From Anaerolineae bacterium (lineage in GTDB: Bacteria; Chloroflexota; Anaerolineae; JACIWR01): a stretch of 64,000 nucleotides of DNA. Location: contig JANLFX010000006.1 of NCBI GenBank assembly GCA_024653325.1, positions 2,803-66,802 of the forward strand, in the 5' to 3' direction. Both the position numbers and the translations under genes were made by a program. Below the pieces are notes generated by a model. It did not search any database, was not told the DNA's origin, and was given only the letters and a program-made list of their open reading frames with translations. Positions 42,248 through 51,632 of the stretch are shown piece by piece (the stretch's first letter is position 1; each line of letters starts with the position of its first letter).

Positions 42248-43084
42248 CTAAGCCACCTCCGCTCTGGCTCCAACCACCGCCCCTTTGCCCAGATATGCCT
42301 CGATTACTTTGGGATCGTTCTGGATCTCGCGGGGCGTTCCGCGGGCGATGATCTCGCCAAAGTCCATCACCGTAATCCATTCGCAGATGCCCATCACCAC
42401 CCGCATCTGGTGCTCTACCAGGAAAATGGTCAGCTTGAACTTGTCCCGGATGAAATGGATCAATTCCATCAACTCGATAACCTCGCCAGGGTTCATCCCT
42501 GCCGCCGGCTCGTCCAGCAGGAGCAAGTAGGGTTGGGTGGCCAGGGCGCGGGCGATCTCCAACCGCCGTTGCAAGCCGTAGGGAAGGCTGCTGGCTATGT
42601 CGTTTTGCCGCTCCTCCAGGCCGAAGATAGCCAGAAGTTCCTGACTGCGCTCGATGAGTACCTTCTCGCTTTCCCGGAAACGCCGGGAACGGAGGATAGC
42701 ATCCAGCAATCCGTAACCAGTATGGGGATGGTGAGCAATGAGTACGTTGTCCAGAACGGTCAGATTGGCAAAGAGGCGGATATTCTGGAACGTGCGGGCG
42801 ATGCCCATCTGGATTATCTCGTGGGAGGGAAGACCTACCAGCTCCGCGCCCTCGTAGCGGATGCTCCCCGCTGTGGGCCGGTAAACGCCGGTAATGAGAT
42901 TGAATATGGTGGTCTTGCCTGCACCGTTAGGGCCGATCAGCCCCACCAGTTCCCCCTCTTTCAGGGTGACAGAGAAATCGTGCACCGCTCGCAGACTGTC
43001 AAAGTAATGAGTCAGCCCCTCGATCTCCAGCACAACTGGCCGCATTTCTACTTCCGGGCTGAGGTTATCCGGTCGTCCTTTCAT
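42248..43084 (-). CDS. livG: branched-chain amino acid ABC transporter ATP-binding protein
   Basis: ATGA overlap with liv[31 protein letters not shown]-terminal PKVIEAYLG. Confidence 0.9.
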   Translation of the reverse strand: MKGRPDNLSPEVEMRPVVLEIEGLTHYFDSLRAVHDFSVTLKEGELVGLIGPNGAGKTTIFNLITGVYRPTAGSIRYEGAELVGLPSHEIIQMGIARTFQNIRLFANLTVLDNVLIAHHPHTGYGLLDAILRSRRFRESEKVLIERSQELLAIFGLEERQNDIASSLPYGLQRRLEIARALATQPYLLLLDEPAAGMNPGEVIELMELIHFIRDKFKLTIFLVEHQMRVVMGICEWITVMDFGEIIARGTPREIQNDPKVIEAYLGKGAVVGARAEVA

Positions 43085-44352
43085 ACCGTCACCTCCTCGG
43101 CCGTGGGAGCTACTTTTTCGGGCTGGGGAACCTCATGCGCTCGGGGTGGGGGCAGAGGACGCCGAAGGAAGGGGATCTCGTACTTACCCATCAATCCCTG
43201 GGGGCGTAGCAACATCATCACCAGCAGCCCCAATGGATAGATCACGAAGCGCCACGTCTCAAACCCTTCCGGCAAGTAAAGCCGCAGCACCCCTTCCAAC
43301 AGGATGACCCAGAAAAAACCGGTAATGATGGTACCTGTCATACTACCCAGCCCACCTAAAACGATAATGATCAGGGGGTTAAAAGAGGGCAGAAAGCCAA
43401 ACATAGTGGGATGGAGGAAAGCCATGTCGTGAGCCCGGATACCCCCGGCCAGACCGGCGAAGACACTTCCTATAACGAAAGCCAGGACCTTGTTAGAGGG
43501 TGTGTCCACTCCCATCAGTTCGGCTGCCCGCTCGTTTTCCCGCACTGAGAGAATGGCTCTCCCGGTTGAGGAATGCAAAATATTCCGCAGTACCAGCACG
43601 ACAGCCATAAAGGTGAAGAAAACCCATGGCCACGTCGTCCACTTGGGGATGCCTATCATCCCACGCGCTCCTTTCATCTCCGGGAAGGGGAGCAGCGTAT
43701 CGGTGTTATCCAGGAGCACCTTGATAATGATGGTGAATCCCAATGTCGCGATGCCAAAGTAATCGGAGCCCAATTCCAGCACCGGGATGCCGAAGAGATA
43801 GCTGACGATCCCAGCCAGTGTCGCCCCTCCCACCAGAGCCAGGAAGAAAACAATTTGCTGGCTGATTCCTAAGGGGAGTGCGTTGAGCATCTGGTAGAGG
43901 GCGGGGCCGATGGCCGGATTAACAAACCGCACGGCCAGATAGAAACCCAGGATGGTGGCAATGAGGTAGAAGAGAAATTTGGCCAGCGTCGTCACACCAT
44001 AGAAGCGGCGGAGGAACACGCCGACCCCGCCCATAAATACCAGCGCCAGTGCACATCCGACAATGACTACTACCAGCGCCGAGGGGTCATGGTGCAGCCA
44101 ACGAAAGGTGATGTCGGCAGAGGCATAGGCTCCGATAGCATAAAAGCCATATTGCCCCAGGGAGAACTGGCCGTTAAAACCGTAGATGAGGTTCAACCCC
44201 AGGCTGACCATGGTGATGGCCGCGCCCCAGAAAATGATGCCCTGCCAATAGGGGTTGAGGTCGCCCATACTGATCAGGACCTGGATCAAAACGAAGATTA
44301 GGAGCGAACCTAAGGCGAAATATACGTTCGGGCTGCGCAACTTCTGCAACAT
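43081..44352 (-). CDS. livM: branched-chain amino acid ABC transporter permease
   Basis: GAGGAGG RBS. LNLIYGFNGQFSLGQYGFYAIGAY is typical LivM. Confidence 0.9.
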   Translation of the reverse strand: MLQKLRSPNVYFALGSLLIFVLIQVLISMGDLNPYWQGIIFWGAAITMVSLGLNLIYGFNGQFSLGQYGFYAIGAYASADITFRWLHHDPSALVVVIVGCALALVFMGGVGVFLRRFYGVTTLAKFLFYLIATILGFYLAVRFVNPAIGPALYQMLNALPLGISQQIVFFLALVGGATLAGIVSYLFGIPVLELGSDYFGIATLGFTIIIKVLLDNTDTLLPFPEMKGARGMIGIPKWTTWPWVFFTFMAVVLVLRNILHSSTGRAILSVRENERAAELMGVDTPSNKVLAFVIGSVFAGLAGGIRAHDMAFLHPTMFGFLPSFNPLIIIVLGGLGSMTGTIITGFFWVILLEGVLRLYLPEGFETWRFVIYPLGLLVMMLLRPQGLMGKYEIPFLRRPLPPPRAHEVPQPEKVAPTAEEVTV

Positions 44353-44362
44353 AGAATCCTCC

Positions 44363-45658
44363 TCACACCTTCTCGCCAGGTGCCTCGCCGAAGATGCCCT
44401 GCGGTCGGATCAGCAAGACAACAATTAGCAGGGAGAAAGCCACGGCGTCACGCATCGGCGTGGAGATAAAGCCGGCACTGAGTACCTCTGTCAGGCCCAT
44501 GATCAGGGCGCCGACGAACGCGCCAGGGATGCTGCCGATCCCACCGATGACAGCCGCGACAAAGGCTTTCAAGCCGGGAATGATGCCCATCAGATGGTGC
44601 ACTTGCTTGAAAGCGGTGGCGTAGAGCACGCCTCCCGCGCCGGCCAGCCCACCAGCCAGGGCGAATGTCACTGCGATCACCGTGTCCACGTTGATCCCCA
44701 TCAGCCGGGAAGTAGGCTTATCATAGGCCGAGGCGCGCATGGCCTTTCCAGTGCGGGTGTTACTGACGATATACTGGAGAAGCACTAGCAGGATGATGGA
44801 AATGCCCATAATAATGAGCATTGCGTTGGAAGCGGTCAATTCAAAACCGGTGCCGATCAGCTGGGGTGCTAACCAAACGATGGTGAGCACCACCCCCAAG
44901 AACCCGCCGAAAAGCATACCGAACTGCAGGAGCGGGCTCCGCTGCCAGACCTGGGCCCGGATGTTCCCCCGTTTCCCTAACTCTCTCAAAATCCAGTACG
45001 CAATGGCCGCGATCCCAAATATCCCCCATAGCAGGCCAATCCATAGTGGGGGGACCATGCCGGCATTCAGCACCGTTACCTCAAACGGGCGGGGGTAAGT
45101 GATGTAGTTATTTGTGAAGACGAAGGGCAGTCCGCCGAAATATTCCAGGAAGAACGAAACCCCAATAGCAGTGATAAGGGCAGCAATCCGGGGCATGGCC
45201 CGCAGGGGACGGTAGGCGAATCGTTCTATTATCACAGCCAGCAGCCCACACGTAACCATAGAAACCAAGATCACGGTAATGGTGCCAATAATCATCGCCA
45301 CGTTAGGATTCATCGTTGGCCAGATCATTAAGGGCCAGCGATGCAGGTCCAATAAGGAGATAGTGTAAAAACTGACGAATGAGCCTACCATAAAGACGTC
45401 GCCATGGGCGAAGTTAATCAGCTTTACAATGCCATAGACCAATGTATACCCTAAAGCGATAAGGGCGTAGATAAAACCCAACTGCAGGCCATTCAGCACC
45501 TGTTGAAAGAAGACACCGGGTTTGGCGGCAGCAGCGCGAAAAACCACATAGAGGACCAGCAATCCAGCCAGTGCAAACACTACCTGGCTGATCCGGTTCA
45601 GAATAAGGCCGCTGCGCCGCTGAATCATTCGCTGTTCTACGCGCTTAGCCTCTGCCAT
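44363..45658 (-). CDS. livH: branched-chain amino acid ABC transporter permease (long form)
   Basis: ATG 45658 lies 6 nt after GGAG (GTG 45664 abuts the RBS and is rejected). IALGYTLVYGIVKLINFAHGDVFMVG is typical LivH. About 130 aa longer than usual. Confidence 0.85.
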   Translation of the reverse strand: MAEAKRVEQRMIQRRSGLILNRISQVVFALAGLLVLYVVFRAAAAKPGVFFQQVLNGLQLGFIYALIALGYTLVYGIVKLINFAHGDVFMVGSFVSFYTISLLDLHRWPLMIWPTMNPNVAMIIGTITVILVSMVTCGLLAVIIERFAYRPLRAMPRIAALITAIGVSFFLEYFGGLPFVFTNNYITYPRPFEVTVLNAGMVPPLWIGLLWGIFGIAAIAYWILRELGKRGNIRAQVWQRSPLLQFGMLFGGFLGVVLTIVWLAPQLIGTGFELTASNAMLIIMGISIILLVLLQYIVSNTRTGKAMRASAYDKPTSRLMGINVDTVIAVTFALAGGLAGAGGVLYATAFKQVHHLMGIIPGLKAFVAAVIGGIGSIPGAFVGALIMGLTEVLSAGFISTPMRDAVAFSLLIVVLLIRPQGIFGEAPGEKV

Positions 45659-45684
45659 TTTCACCTCCTATAACAATATAGATT

Positions 45685-45712
45685 GGCCGGGGAGAGCCAA
45701 GTCTCCCCGGCC
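45685..45712. other. 11-bp-stem intercistronic hairpin between the binding-protein gene and livH
   Basis: GGCCGGGGAGA gccaag TCTCCCCGGCC. This is the position where binding-protein genes are often uncoupled from permease genes by a stabiliser or attenuator hairpin. Confidence 0.6.
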
Positions 45713-45736
45713 ATTGGGTCTATTCATCCGGACCGA

Positions 45737-46888
45737 TTACGGGCAGACGGTATCCTTGTAGGATACTTTATCCGGGCTGACCTCTAGGATGACAGCGCAC
45801 TTCTTTGGGTTGTGCTGCGCATCAAAGGTGATGTCCCCGGAGACCACCGAGAAGGTCCCCTTCTCCATGGCCTGGGCGACCTTCTCCGGATCGTCCGTCC
45901 CGGCACTCTGGATGGCCTGGAGGAGGATGTTAGCCGCGTCGTAAGCCAGGGCGGCCAGGGCGTCTGGCACGGAGCCGTACTTGTCCTGGTATTTCTTCAC
46001 GAACTCTTGGACCACTGGCCGGGTGTCTTCAGAGGAATAGTGATTGGTGTGGAAGCCGCCCGCGGTCGCCGTCTTGTCCAGATCCGGCGAGTCCCAGCCA
46101 TCACCGCCCACCTTGATCGCTTTGATGCCCATCTGATTGGCCTGGGCGGCGATCAGGTTGACGGTGGAGTAGTAATCGGGCAGGTAAAGGATGTCCGGGT
46201 TGGCGTCCTTGACCTTGGTCAAGATGGCGGAGAAGTCCTTGTCGCCCGCGGTGTAGGTCTCCCAGACCACCACCTGTCCGCCGCCAGCGGTAAAGGCATC
46301 CCGGAAGTACTCGGCCAGGCCACGGACGTAGTCGTTGCCCTGGTCCAGAAGGACGGCTGCCGTCTTAGCATTTAGTTTCTCCAGGGCGAATTTGGCCCCC
46401 ACGGTACCCTGGAAGGGGTCAATGAAGCAGGCGCGGAAAACAGTCGGCTTGGCCTTGCCCGCCTCGTCAACCGTTACCTTGGGGTTGGTGGAGGTAGGGC
46501 TGATCTGCAGGACCTTGTTGGCGGTGGCGATCTCGGAAACGGGGATGGAAGCTTTAGAGCAGACCTCGCCAATGATGAACTTCACCTTGTCCTGGCTGAT
46601 GACTTTATTGGCCGCGCTGGCTGCTGGTTCAGCTTCGCACTGGCTGTCCTCTACCACGGTCGTAATCTGCCGCCCCAGCACGCCACCTTTGGCATTCCAT
46701 TCCTCAATGGCCAGCAGGGCACCATCGCGGGTGGATTTGCCGAAAGTGGCCACGTCACCGCTCAAGGGGGCCAGAATGGCGATTTTGAGGGGTTCCTTGG
46801 CTGCTGGAGTTTTCTGGGGGCAGCCGGTGATCAGGCCCGCCACGACAACCAGCAGAGCCAAAACACTGATCGCTTTGTAGGTTTTCAT
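45737..46888 (-). CDS. branched-chain amino acid ABC substrate-binding lipoprotein (LivJ/LivK family)
   Basis: AGGAGGAG RBS. Lipobox LITGC. LKIAILAPLSGDVATFGKSTRDGALLAIEEWNAKGGVLG. Confidence 0.9.
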   Translation of the reverse strand: MKTYKAISVLALLVVVAGLITGCPQKTPAAKEPLKIAILAPLSGDVATFGKSTRDGALLAIEEWNAKGGVLGRQITTVVEDSQCEAEPAASAANKVISQDKVKFIIGEVCSKASIPVSEIATANKVLQISPTSTNPKVTVDEAGKAKPTVFRACFIDPFQGTVGAKFALEKLNAKTAAVLLDQGNDYVRGLAEYFRDAFTAGGGQVVVWETYTAGDKDFSAILTKVKDANPDILYLPDYYSTVNLIAAQANQMGIKAIKVGGDGWDSPDLDKTATAGGFHTNHYSSEDTRPVVQEFVKKYQDKYGSVPDALAALAYDAANILLQAIQSAGTDDPEKVAQAMEKGTFSVVSGDITFDAQHNPKKCAVILEVSPDKVSYKDTVCP

Positions 46889-47080
46889 CTTACAACTCCT
46901 CCTGAAAGACTAGCGCATTACCGCCGACATTATCGCGTCGGCGACGTCACGGTTTGATCCAGGGAGCCCACCCCCGTCGTTGTTCCCCAGATGATTCCTG
47001 ATAGCGGGCTATAACCACCACCTTTCGGTTGGCCTGGCATGCCCCTTTGAATGCCGGATCGTTCCGTTTTTCCGTTGAGA

Positions 47081-47452
47081 TCAGGACTCAAACATTACCA
47101 CAATATCGGGCTTGTCAATAGAATATAGCAATGCGATGGAGAAACCTATTGAGAGCACACCGGTTACTATAAAAGCAACATCAACCTGACCATTGGACTT
47201 TACTGCGTGCGGGAAAAGAGTCAGCAGACGGATAGTTGCATTGAGTCCCTGCACAAAAGTGGTAAGCACCCGCGCCCAACTGCGGTAAGTCAATAAACCC
47301 CAGGCTAGTAAGCCAAACACGGCCAATACACCCGCCAGCACTAGAATAAGCCCCAGATTCAGGGAAGCAAACATGCTGGGTGGTAAGATGAGGGGGGGAA
47401 TGAATTGCAAGATGGCAACAACGGTGACCACTCTGGATGTGGGTTTTTCCAT
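47081..47452 (-). CDS. 123-aa membrane protein (hypothetical)
   Basis: GGGGAGGTG RBS. Four hydrophobic helices. Has its own consensus promoter (next feature). Confidence 0.65.
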   Translation of the reverse strand: MEKPTSRVVTVVAILQFIPPLILPPSMFASLNLGLILVLAGVLAVFGLLAWGLLTYRSWARVLTTFVQGLNATIRLLTLFPHAVKSNGQVDVAFIVTGVLSIGFSIALLYSIDKPDIVVMFES

Positions 47453-47572
47453 GACACCTCCCCGGAGAATAGAAAATTAACGAAGGTCTGTGTATGCCGG
47501 AATTAAGTTAAGGAAGCTTGTTACCAGTTTCCAGAGACAGCGACGTTGTTGGAGTGCGGAGTAACGGGTTAG

Positions 47573-47601
47573 ATTATAGCAGATAGTGTCTACCCTGTCA
47601 A
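47573..47601 (-). promoter_or_regulatory. perfect-consensus promoter TTGACA - 17 nt - TATAAT
   Basis: Minus strand TTGACA (47601-47596), 17-nt spacer, TATAAT (47578-47573). About 115 nt upstream of ATG 47452. Confidence 0.6.
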
Positions 47602-47636
47602 GAACGCGAATCGCCAGGTGCACGTCATTTTGGGGC

Positions 47637-47679
47637 GGGGTTGGGTAGCCGACGGCACTGCCGTTGGCTACCCAACCCC
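47637..47679. repeat. near-perfect 21-bp-arm palindrome
   Basis: GGGGTTGGGTAGCCGACGGCA c TGCCGTTGGCTACCCAACCCC (one G-T position). Confidence 0.85.
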
Positions 47680-47732
47680 GCTCGGCACGGGCCTTCGCTC
47701 CCACCGAGCATCGGCGAGCAACGCTTTAGTCA

Positions 47733-47761
47733 TTTGCGGCTTTGCGGCACTATGGTATAAT
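47733..47761 (+). promoter_or_regulatory. candidate promoter (TTTGCG - 17 nt - TGgTATAAT)
   Basis: Extended -10 TGgTATAAT at 47753-47761, weak -35 at 47733-47738. 35 nt upstream of ATG 47796. Confidence 0.5.
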
Positions 47762-47795
47762 TCAGGCCAATCGCAACATAAGGGAGGTCAAGGCT

Positions 47796-48122
47796 ATGAA
47801 AAGAAGTCGCTGGCATAAGAGCCAGGTTGTCCTCTGGGTGTTGAGTGCTATCGTCGTCTTGAGCATGATCTGCGCGTTGGTGGTTACTGTGATACCTCAC
47901 GTCCCGGAACCCACCGCCACGCCCATGTGGACCGTCACTCCCACGCCGTTACCCTCTTCGCCCACTCCGACGGTTTCTGCCGCGTTGCCATCCCCTGTTA
48001 TGACCCCCGTTCCGCTTTCTCATGGCGATGGCCGTTGCCCTGTTTGCCCCTCACAATTCGACAGTCAAGCCCTCGTAGGCCAGCATGGTGTTAGGGAAAA
48101 TCAGTTTTGCCTGGCGTTCTAA
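47796..48122 (+). CDS. hypothetical signal-anchored Pro/Thr-rich protein
   Basis: AGGGAGG (47781-47787) lies 8 nt before ATG 47796. MKRSRWHKSQVVLWVLSAIVVLSMICALVV, then a PT-rich region. Its last 72 nt overlap the convergent MBL gene, so the 3' part may be fortuitous. Confidence 0.4.
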   Translation: MKRSRWHKSQVVLWVLSAIVVLSMICALVVTVIPHVPEPTATPMWTVTPTPLPSSPTPTVSAALPSPVMTPVPLSHGDGRCPVCPSQFDSQALVGQHGVRENQFCLAF

Positions 48123-48980
48123 GGCATACAACATCTCATCGTCGTGCAAGGGGTCGTGATGGTATAGAGCCAGGCGTTTGGCTTTGGCGGCCTGAGCCAC
48201 GGCGGTGGCCATCTCTGGGGTGGAATGTCCCCAACCTTGTTTAGGAACGTCACCGGTCAGGTATTCTTCGGTGGTGTACTGCGCATCGTGGATCAGCAGA
48301 TCGGCCTCTTCGGCAAAACGGATGAGGCGTGTGTCGCCGCCGACATAGCCCTCGGTATCGCTGGCGTATACCAGCTTCTTGCCCCGCCACTCAATGCGAT
48401 ATAGGGTTACGCCGCCTTTCGGGTGAAAGAAACTGCGCAGAGGGCTGATGCGCACGGCTTGCGGGGCAGAGGGTATCTCCTCCCGGTAAATGTTCAAAAC
48501 CTGCGGTTCTTTTCCCTGGTCCAGGATAATGATTTCCGATTCGTCAATACTGCTGATGATGCGCAGAGACTTAAGCTCGTCCAGGGCAACGGGGAAAGTG
48601 GGGGCCAGCATGGCGCGGATCAGCGCTTCCTCGATGTCTTCGTAGAAATTCTTGGGGCCGAACATGTATAAAGTGCTGGTGCCGAAATAGGCGGGGGCGA
48701 AGAAGGGGAAACCCTGGGTGTGATCGTGGTGAGTATGACTGAATAAGATCGTGGCCACTACTGGCTTTTTCTCCAGCGCATTTTGTCTGGCCAGGTCCTG
48801 GCCCAGGCTGATAATACCTGTGCCAGCGTCTATGATAATCAAGTGCCCGCCAACTTGCACCTCCACACAGGCGGTATTACCGCCCACTTTCACTGTGCTC
48901 GGGCCAGGCACCGGATAACTGCCCCGTACTCCCCGAAAGCGTACCAGGAATTTCTCTTTCGTCATCAGGTAATTCTCCAA
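48051..48980 (-). CDS. MBL-fold metallo-hydrolase (Lactamase_B_2 / PhnP-like)
   Basis: FRGVRGSYPVPG...GGNTACVEV...IIIDAGTG...FSHTHHDHTQGFPFF. The start is 48980 or 48965. Confidence 0.85.
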   Translation of the reverse strand: MENYLMTKEKFLVRFRGVRGSYPVPGPSTVKVGGNTACVEVQVGGHLIIIDAGTGIISLGQDLARQNALEKKPVVATILFSHTHHDHTQGFPFFAPAYFGTSTLYMFGPKNFYEDIEEALIRAMLAPTFPVALDELKSLRIISSIDESEIIILDQGKEPQVLNIYREEIPSAPQAVRISPLRSFFHPKGGVTLYRIEWRGKKLVYASDTEGYVGGDTRLIRFAEEADLLIHDAQYTTEEYLTGDVPKQGWGHSTPEMATAVAQAAKAKRLALYHHDPLHDDEMLYALERQAKLIFPNTMLAYEGLTVEL

Positions 48981-49204
48981 AGACCGCTTTATGCTCAGTG
49001 CACGCCTCTACGCGCAATAGGAGTCATACAAATTGGCGAAAGCCCAGGTGTGAAGGCGAACTTGACAAGCCCACCCGCACCCCCTGGGCTTCTTTGAAAG
49101 ATGCTCATGTGTTCAGAAGATGCGCAAACCTGTGCGGAGCATTCCTCCAGAAACTGCTGATCACAAGGTCGAAAGTTGCGGGTCAGGTTGTCTGGATTGG
49201 AAAT

Positions 49205-49384
49205 CTACTCCTCGATAATCGCGTCGGAAGGACATACCTCGACGCATGAGCCGCAGTCTACACACAATTCGGGGTCAATTACGTAGAAATCCCCGCTCTC
49301 ATCTTCACTGATTGCTTCTTCGGCACACTCTTCGGCACACGCGCCGCAGGCGATGCACTCGTCTTTGAGAATTTTGTGGGGCAT
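49205..49384 (-). CDS. 2x[4Fe-4S] ferredoxin (59 aa)
   Basis: AGGAGG lies 7 nt before ATG 49384. CIACGACAEEC and CVDCGSCVEVCP. Confidence 0.85.
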   Translation of the reverse strand: MPHKILKDECIACGACAEECAEEAISEDESGDFYVIDPELCVDCGSCVEVCPSDAIIEE

Positions 49385-49437
49385 AGTTTTACCTCCTGAA
49401 AAGTATTTTGTAGTTTGGGATGGAACAAGTTCCATCA

Positions 49438-49497
49438 ATATTATCACAATTTCTATTCCTTGTCAACGTTGACAATTCTCCCAACCTTGTGTATCAT
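49438..49497. promoter_or_regulatory. back-to-back divergent promoters sharing a perfect 16-bp palindrome
   Basis: TTGTCAACGTTGACAA (49460-49475) contains both -35 hexamers. Plus strand: TTGACA 49469-49474, 17 nt, TATCAT 49492-49497. Minus strand: TTGACA 49466-49461, 17 nt, TGaTAATAT ending at 49438. Confidence 0.55.
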
Positions 49498-49687
49498 TGG
49501 GGGAGTGGTGATGCGTGACGCGTAATGCGTAAGGACGCAGTGTGTAATGGGGGGGAATAAAGAATCTTTATCACGACACTCCCCGTGGTGCAAAAGAATC
49601 ACCAGCCGGCTTGCTGCAAAACCGTTCCTCTTCTCGAACCTATAATTTTTTTACGCATTACATCTTACGTGTTGCCAGGAGATAACA

Positions 49688-51538
49688 ATGGGTTTCATTC
49701 TCGATGGTCTCGAAACCGAAGCCTACGACCGTAGTTACAGCGACCGGGAGTTGCTGCGCCGGATCATCGGCTATTTCCGCCCGTATGCCCGGCAGATGAT
49801 TCTGGTAGCTGCTATGATTTCCTTGAACTCGCTGGCGGGCACCGGTGGGCCCATCCTCATCGCCAATGCTATTGACACCCTGGCGCGGGATCCATCGGTC
49901 AAAACAACGTTACTTTTAACCAATGGCGTGCTTCTGCTAGGTCTGTCAGGGTGGATTTTCAACTATGTCCGCCAGTTATTCTCCGCCCGGGTGGTGGGCA
50001 ACGTGGTCCTCCAGTTGCGCGAAGATGTGTTCAACGCCACTATCCAGCATGACCTATCCTTCTACGATGAGCACCCCTCCGGCAAGATCGTCAGCCGGGT
50101 CACGTCTGATACGCAGGACTTCTCTGATGTCGCTACTCTGGTCATGGACCTGATCAGCCAGGTGTTGCTGGTCCTTATCCTGTCCATCTGGCTGTTCAAC
50201 ATTAACGTTCGGCTGACGTTGCTGCTTTTGGGAATGACCCCGATTGCAGTCACCATCGCCCTCAGTTTCCGCCGTGTCGCCCGCACAGTCACCCAACGCG
50301 CTCGCCGGGTGACAGCCAAGATCAACGCTCAGATTCAGGAATCCATCAGTGGCATCATGGTGGCCAAGAGCTTTCGACAGGAACAGGCTATCTATGACAC
50401 CTTTAGAGTTAATAACCAGCAGGCTTACCAGGTGGGCCTGCGGCGTGGTCTGACCCTGAACACCATTTTCCCGATCATGGGCATCGCCTCCGGCCTGGGA
50501 GTGGCGACGTTGGTCTACGCCGGCGGCCTGGCGGCGCGGAGCGGGACGGTGACTCCCGGCAACTGGTATCTGTTCATGCAGGCCGTGGGATTTTACTGGT
50601 GGCCTCTGATGAACATTGCTTCGTTCTGGAGCCAGTTCCAGGACGGGCTATCCGCCGCCGAGCGAGTGTTCGCCCTGATTGACCGTGAGCCGAGAGTGGT
50701 TCAGGCAGCTAACGAACCTGTAGGGACGCAGCATGCTGCGCCTCTACAGGGCCGCATCGAATTCCGCCATCTGGCTTTTACCTATACTGGTGACGAGGTA
50801 GTGTTGCCCGACTTTACCCTGGAAATCCGTCCCAAAGAGACAGTGGCCCTGGTAGGGCACACCGGAGCGGGCAAAAGCAGTGTGGCCCGGCTGATCGCCC
50901 GTTTCTACGAGTTCCAGGGTGGGGAGCTCTTGATTGATGGCCGGAACATCCGCCGCCTGGACTTGAATCAGTATCGCCAACATATCGGGTTGGTTCCCCA
51001 GGAACCGTTTCTCTTCTCCGGCACCGTGCGCGATAACATCCGCTATGGCCGGCCGGGGGCAACCGACGAGCAGGTGCTTGAGGCAGCCCTGCGCATCAGT
51101 AACGGTGACTGGCTGGCCGATCTGCCGGACGGGCTGGACACCTACGTGGGCGAGCGGGGGGCAAACCTTTCTATGGGACAGCGGCAACTGGTTGCTCTGG
51201 CCCGCGTGGTGCTCAAAGACCCGGTTATTTTCATCCTGGACGAAGCCACGGCCAGTGTGGACCCGTTTACCGAGGCGCAGATTCAAGAGGGACTGGAGAC
51301 CATCATGCGCGACCGGACGGCCATCGTCATCGCTCACCGCCTGTCCACCGTCAAAAACGCCGATCGAATCATTGTCATGGAGAATGGCCGGATCATCGAA
51401 GAAGGCACACATTATGAGTTGCTGTCCCGTGGCGGCCATTATGCTGAGCTATACAACACTTATTTCCGGCACCAGTCGTTGGAGTACATTGAGAGTCTTG
51501 ATGAGCGGGTCTTCAAAGTTGCTGAACGTGAAACGTGA
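49688..51538 (+). CDS. ABC exporter, fused permease-ATPase half transporter (MsbA/multidrug type)
   Basis: AGGAG RBS. Six-TM N-domain. GHTGAGKSS, LSMGQRQ, FILDEATASVD. Confidence 0.9.
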   Translation: MGFILDGLETEAYDRSYSDRELLRRIIGYFRPYARQMILVAAMISLNSLAGTGGPILIANAIDTLARDPSVKTTLLLTNGVLLLGLSGWIFNYVRQLFSARVVGNVVLQLREDVFNATIQHDLSFYDEHPSGKIVSRVTSDTQDFSDVATLVMDLISQVLLVLILSIWLFNINVRLTLLLLGMTPIAVTIALSFRRVARTVTQRARRVTAKINAQIQESISGIMVAKSFRQEQAIYDTFRVNNQQAYQVGLRRGLTLNTIFPIMGIASGLGVATLVYAGGLAARSGTVTPGNWYLFMQAVGFYWWPLMNIASFWSQFQDGLSAAERVFALIDREPRVVQAANEPVGTQHAAPLQGRIEFRHLAFTYTGDEVVLPDFTLEIRPKETVALVGHTGAGKSSVARLIARFYEFQGGELLIDGRNIRRLDLNQYRQHIGLVPQEPFLFSGTVRDNIRYGRPGATDEQVLEAALRISNGDWLADLPDGLDTYVGERGANLSMGQRQLVALARVVLKDPVIFILDEATASVDPFTEAQIQEGLETIMRDRTAIVIAHRLSTVKNADRIIVMENGRIIEEGTHYELLSRGGHYAELYNTYFRHQSLEYIESLDERVFKVAERET

Positions 51539-51548
51539 GATGTGAAAC

Positions 51549-51608
51549 GTGAAGCGGGAAACGTGAAACAGAACTCTCACGCAGCACGTTTCACGCATCA
51601 CGCTTCAC
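51549..51608. repeat. imperfect hairpin of gtgaaacg quasi-repeats after the ABC exporter gene
   Basis: gtgaagcgggaaacgtgaaac (51549-51569) pairs 17/21 with gtttcacgcatcacgcttcac (51588-51608). The same words begin inside the gene's last codons (gaacgtgaaacgtga). Confidence 0.6.
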
Positions 51609-51632
51609 ACAACTACTTTCTGGAGAGTCAAA

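Noticed and set aside
46889-47080. T-box or other riboswitch in the liv operon leader
   Set aside because: Only a partial GGGTGG resemblance to the T-box sequence (acgacgggggtgggctccctgg on the minus strand). I could find no specifier-loop, AGAGA or distal-loop elements and no terminator/antiterminator pair.
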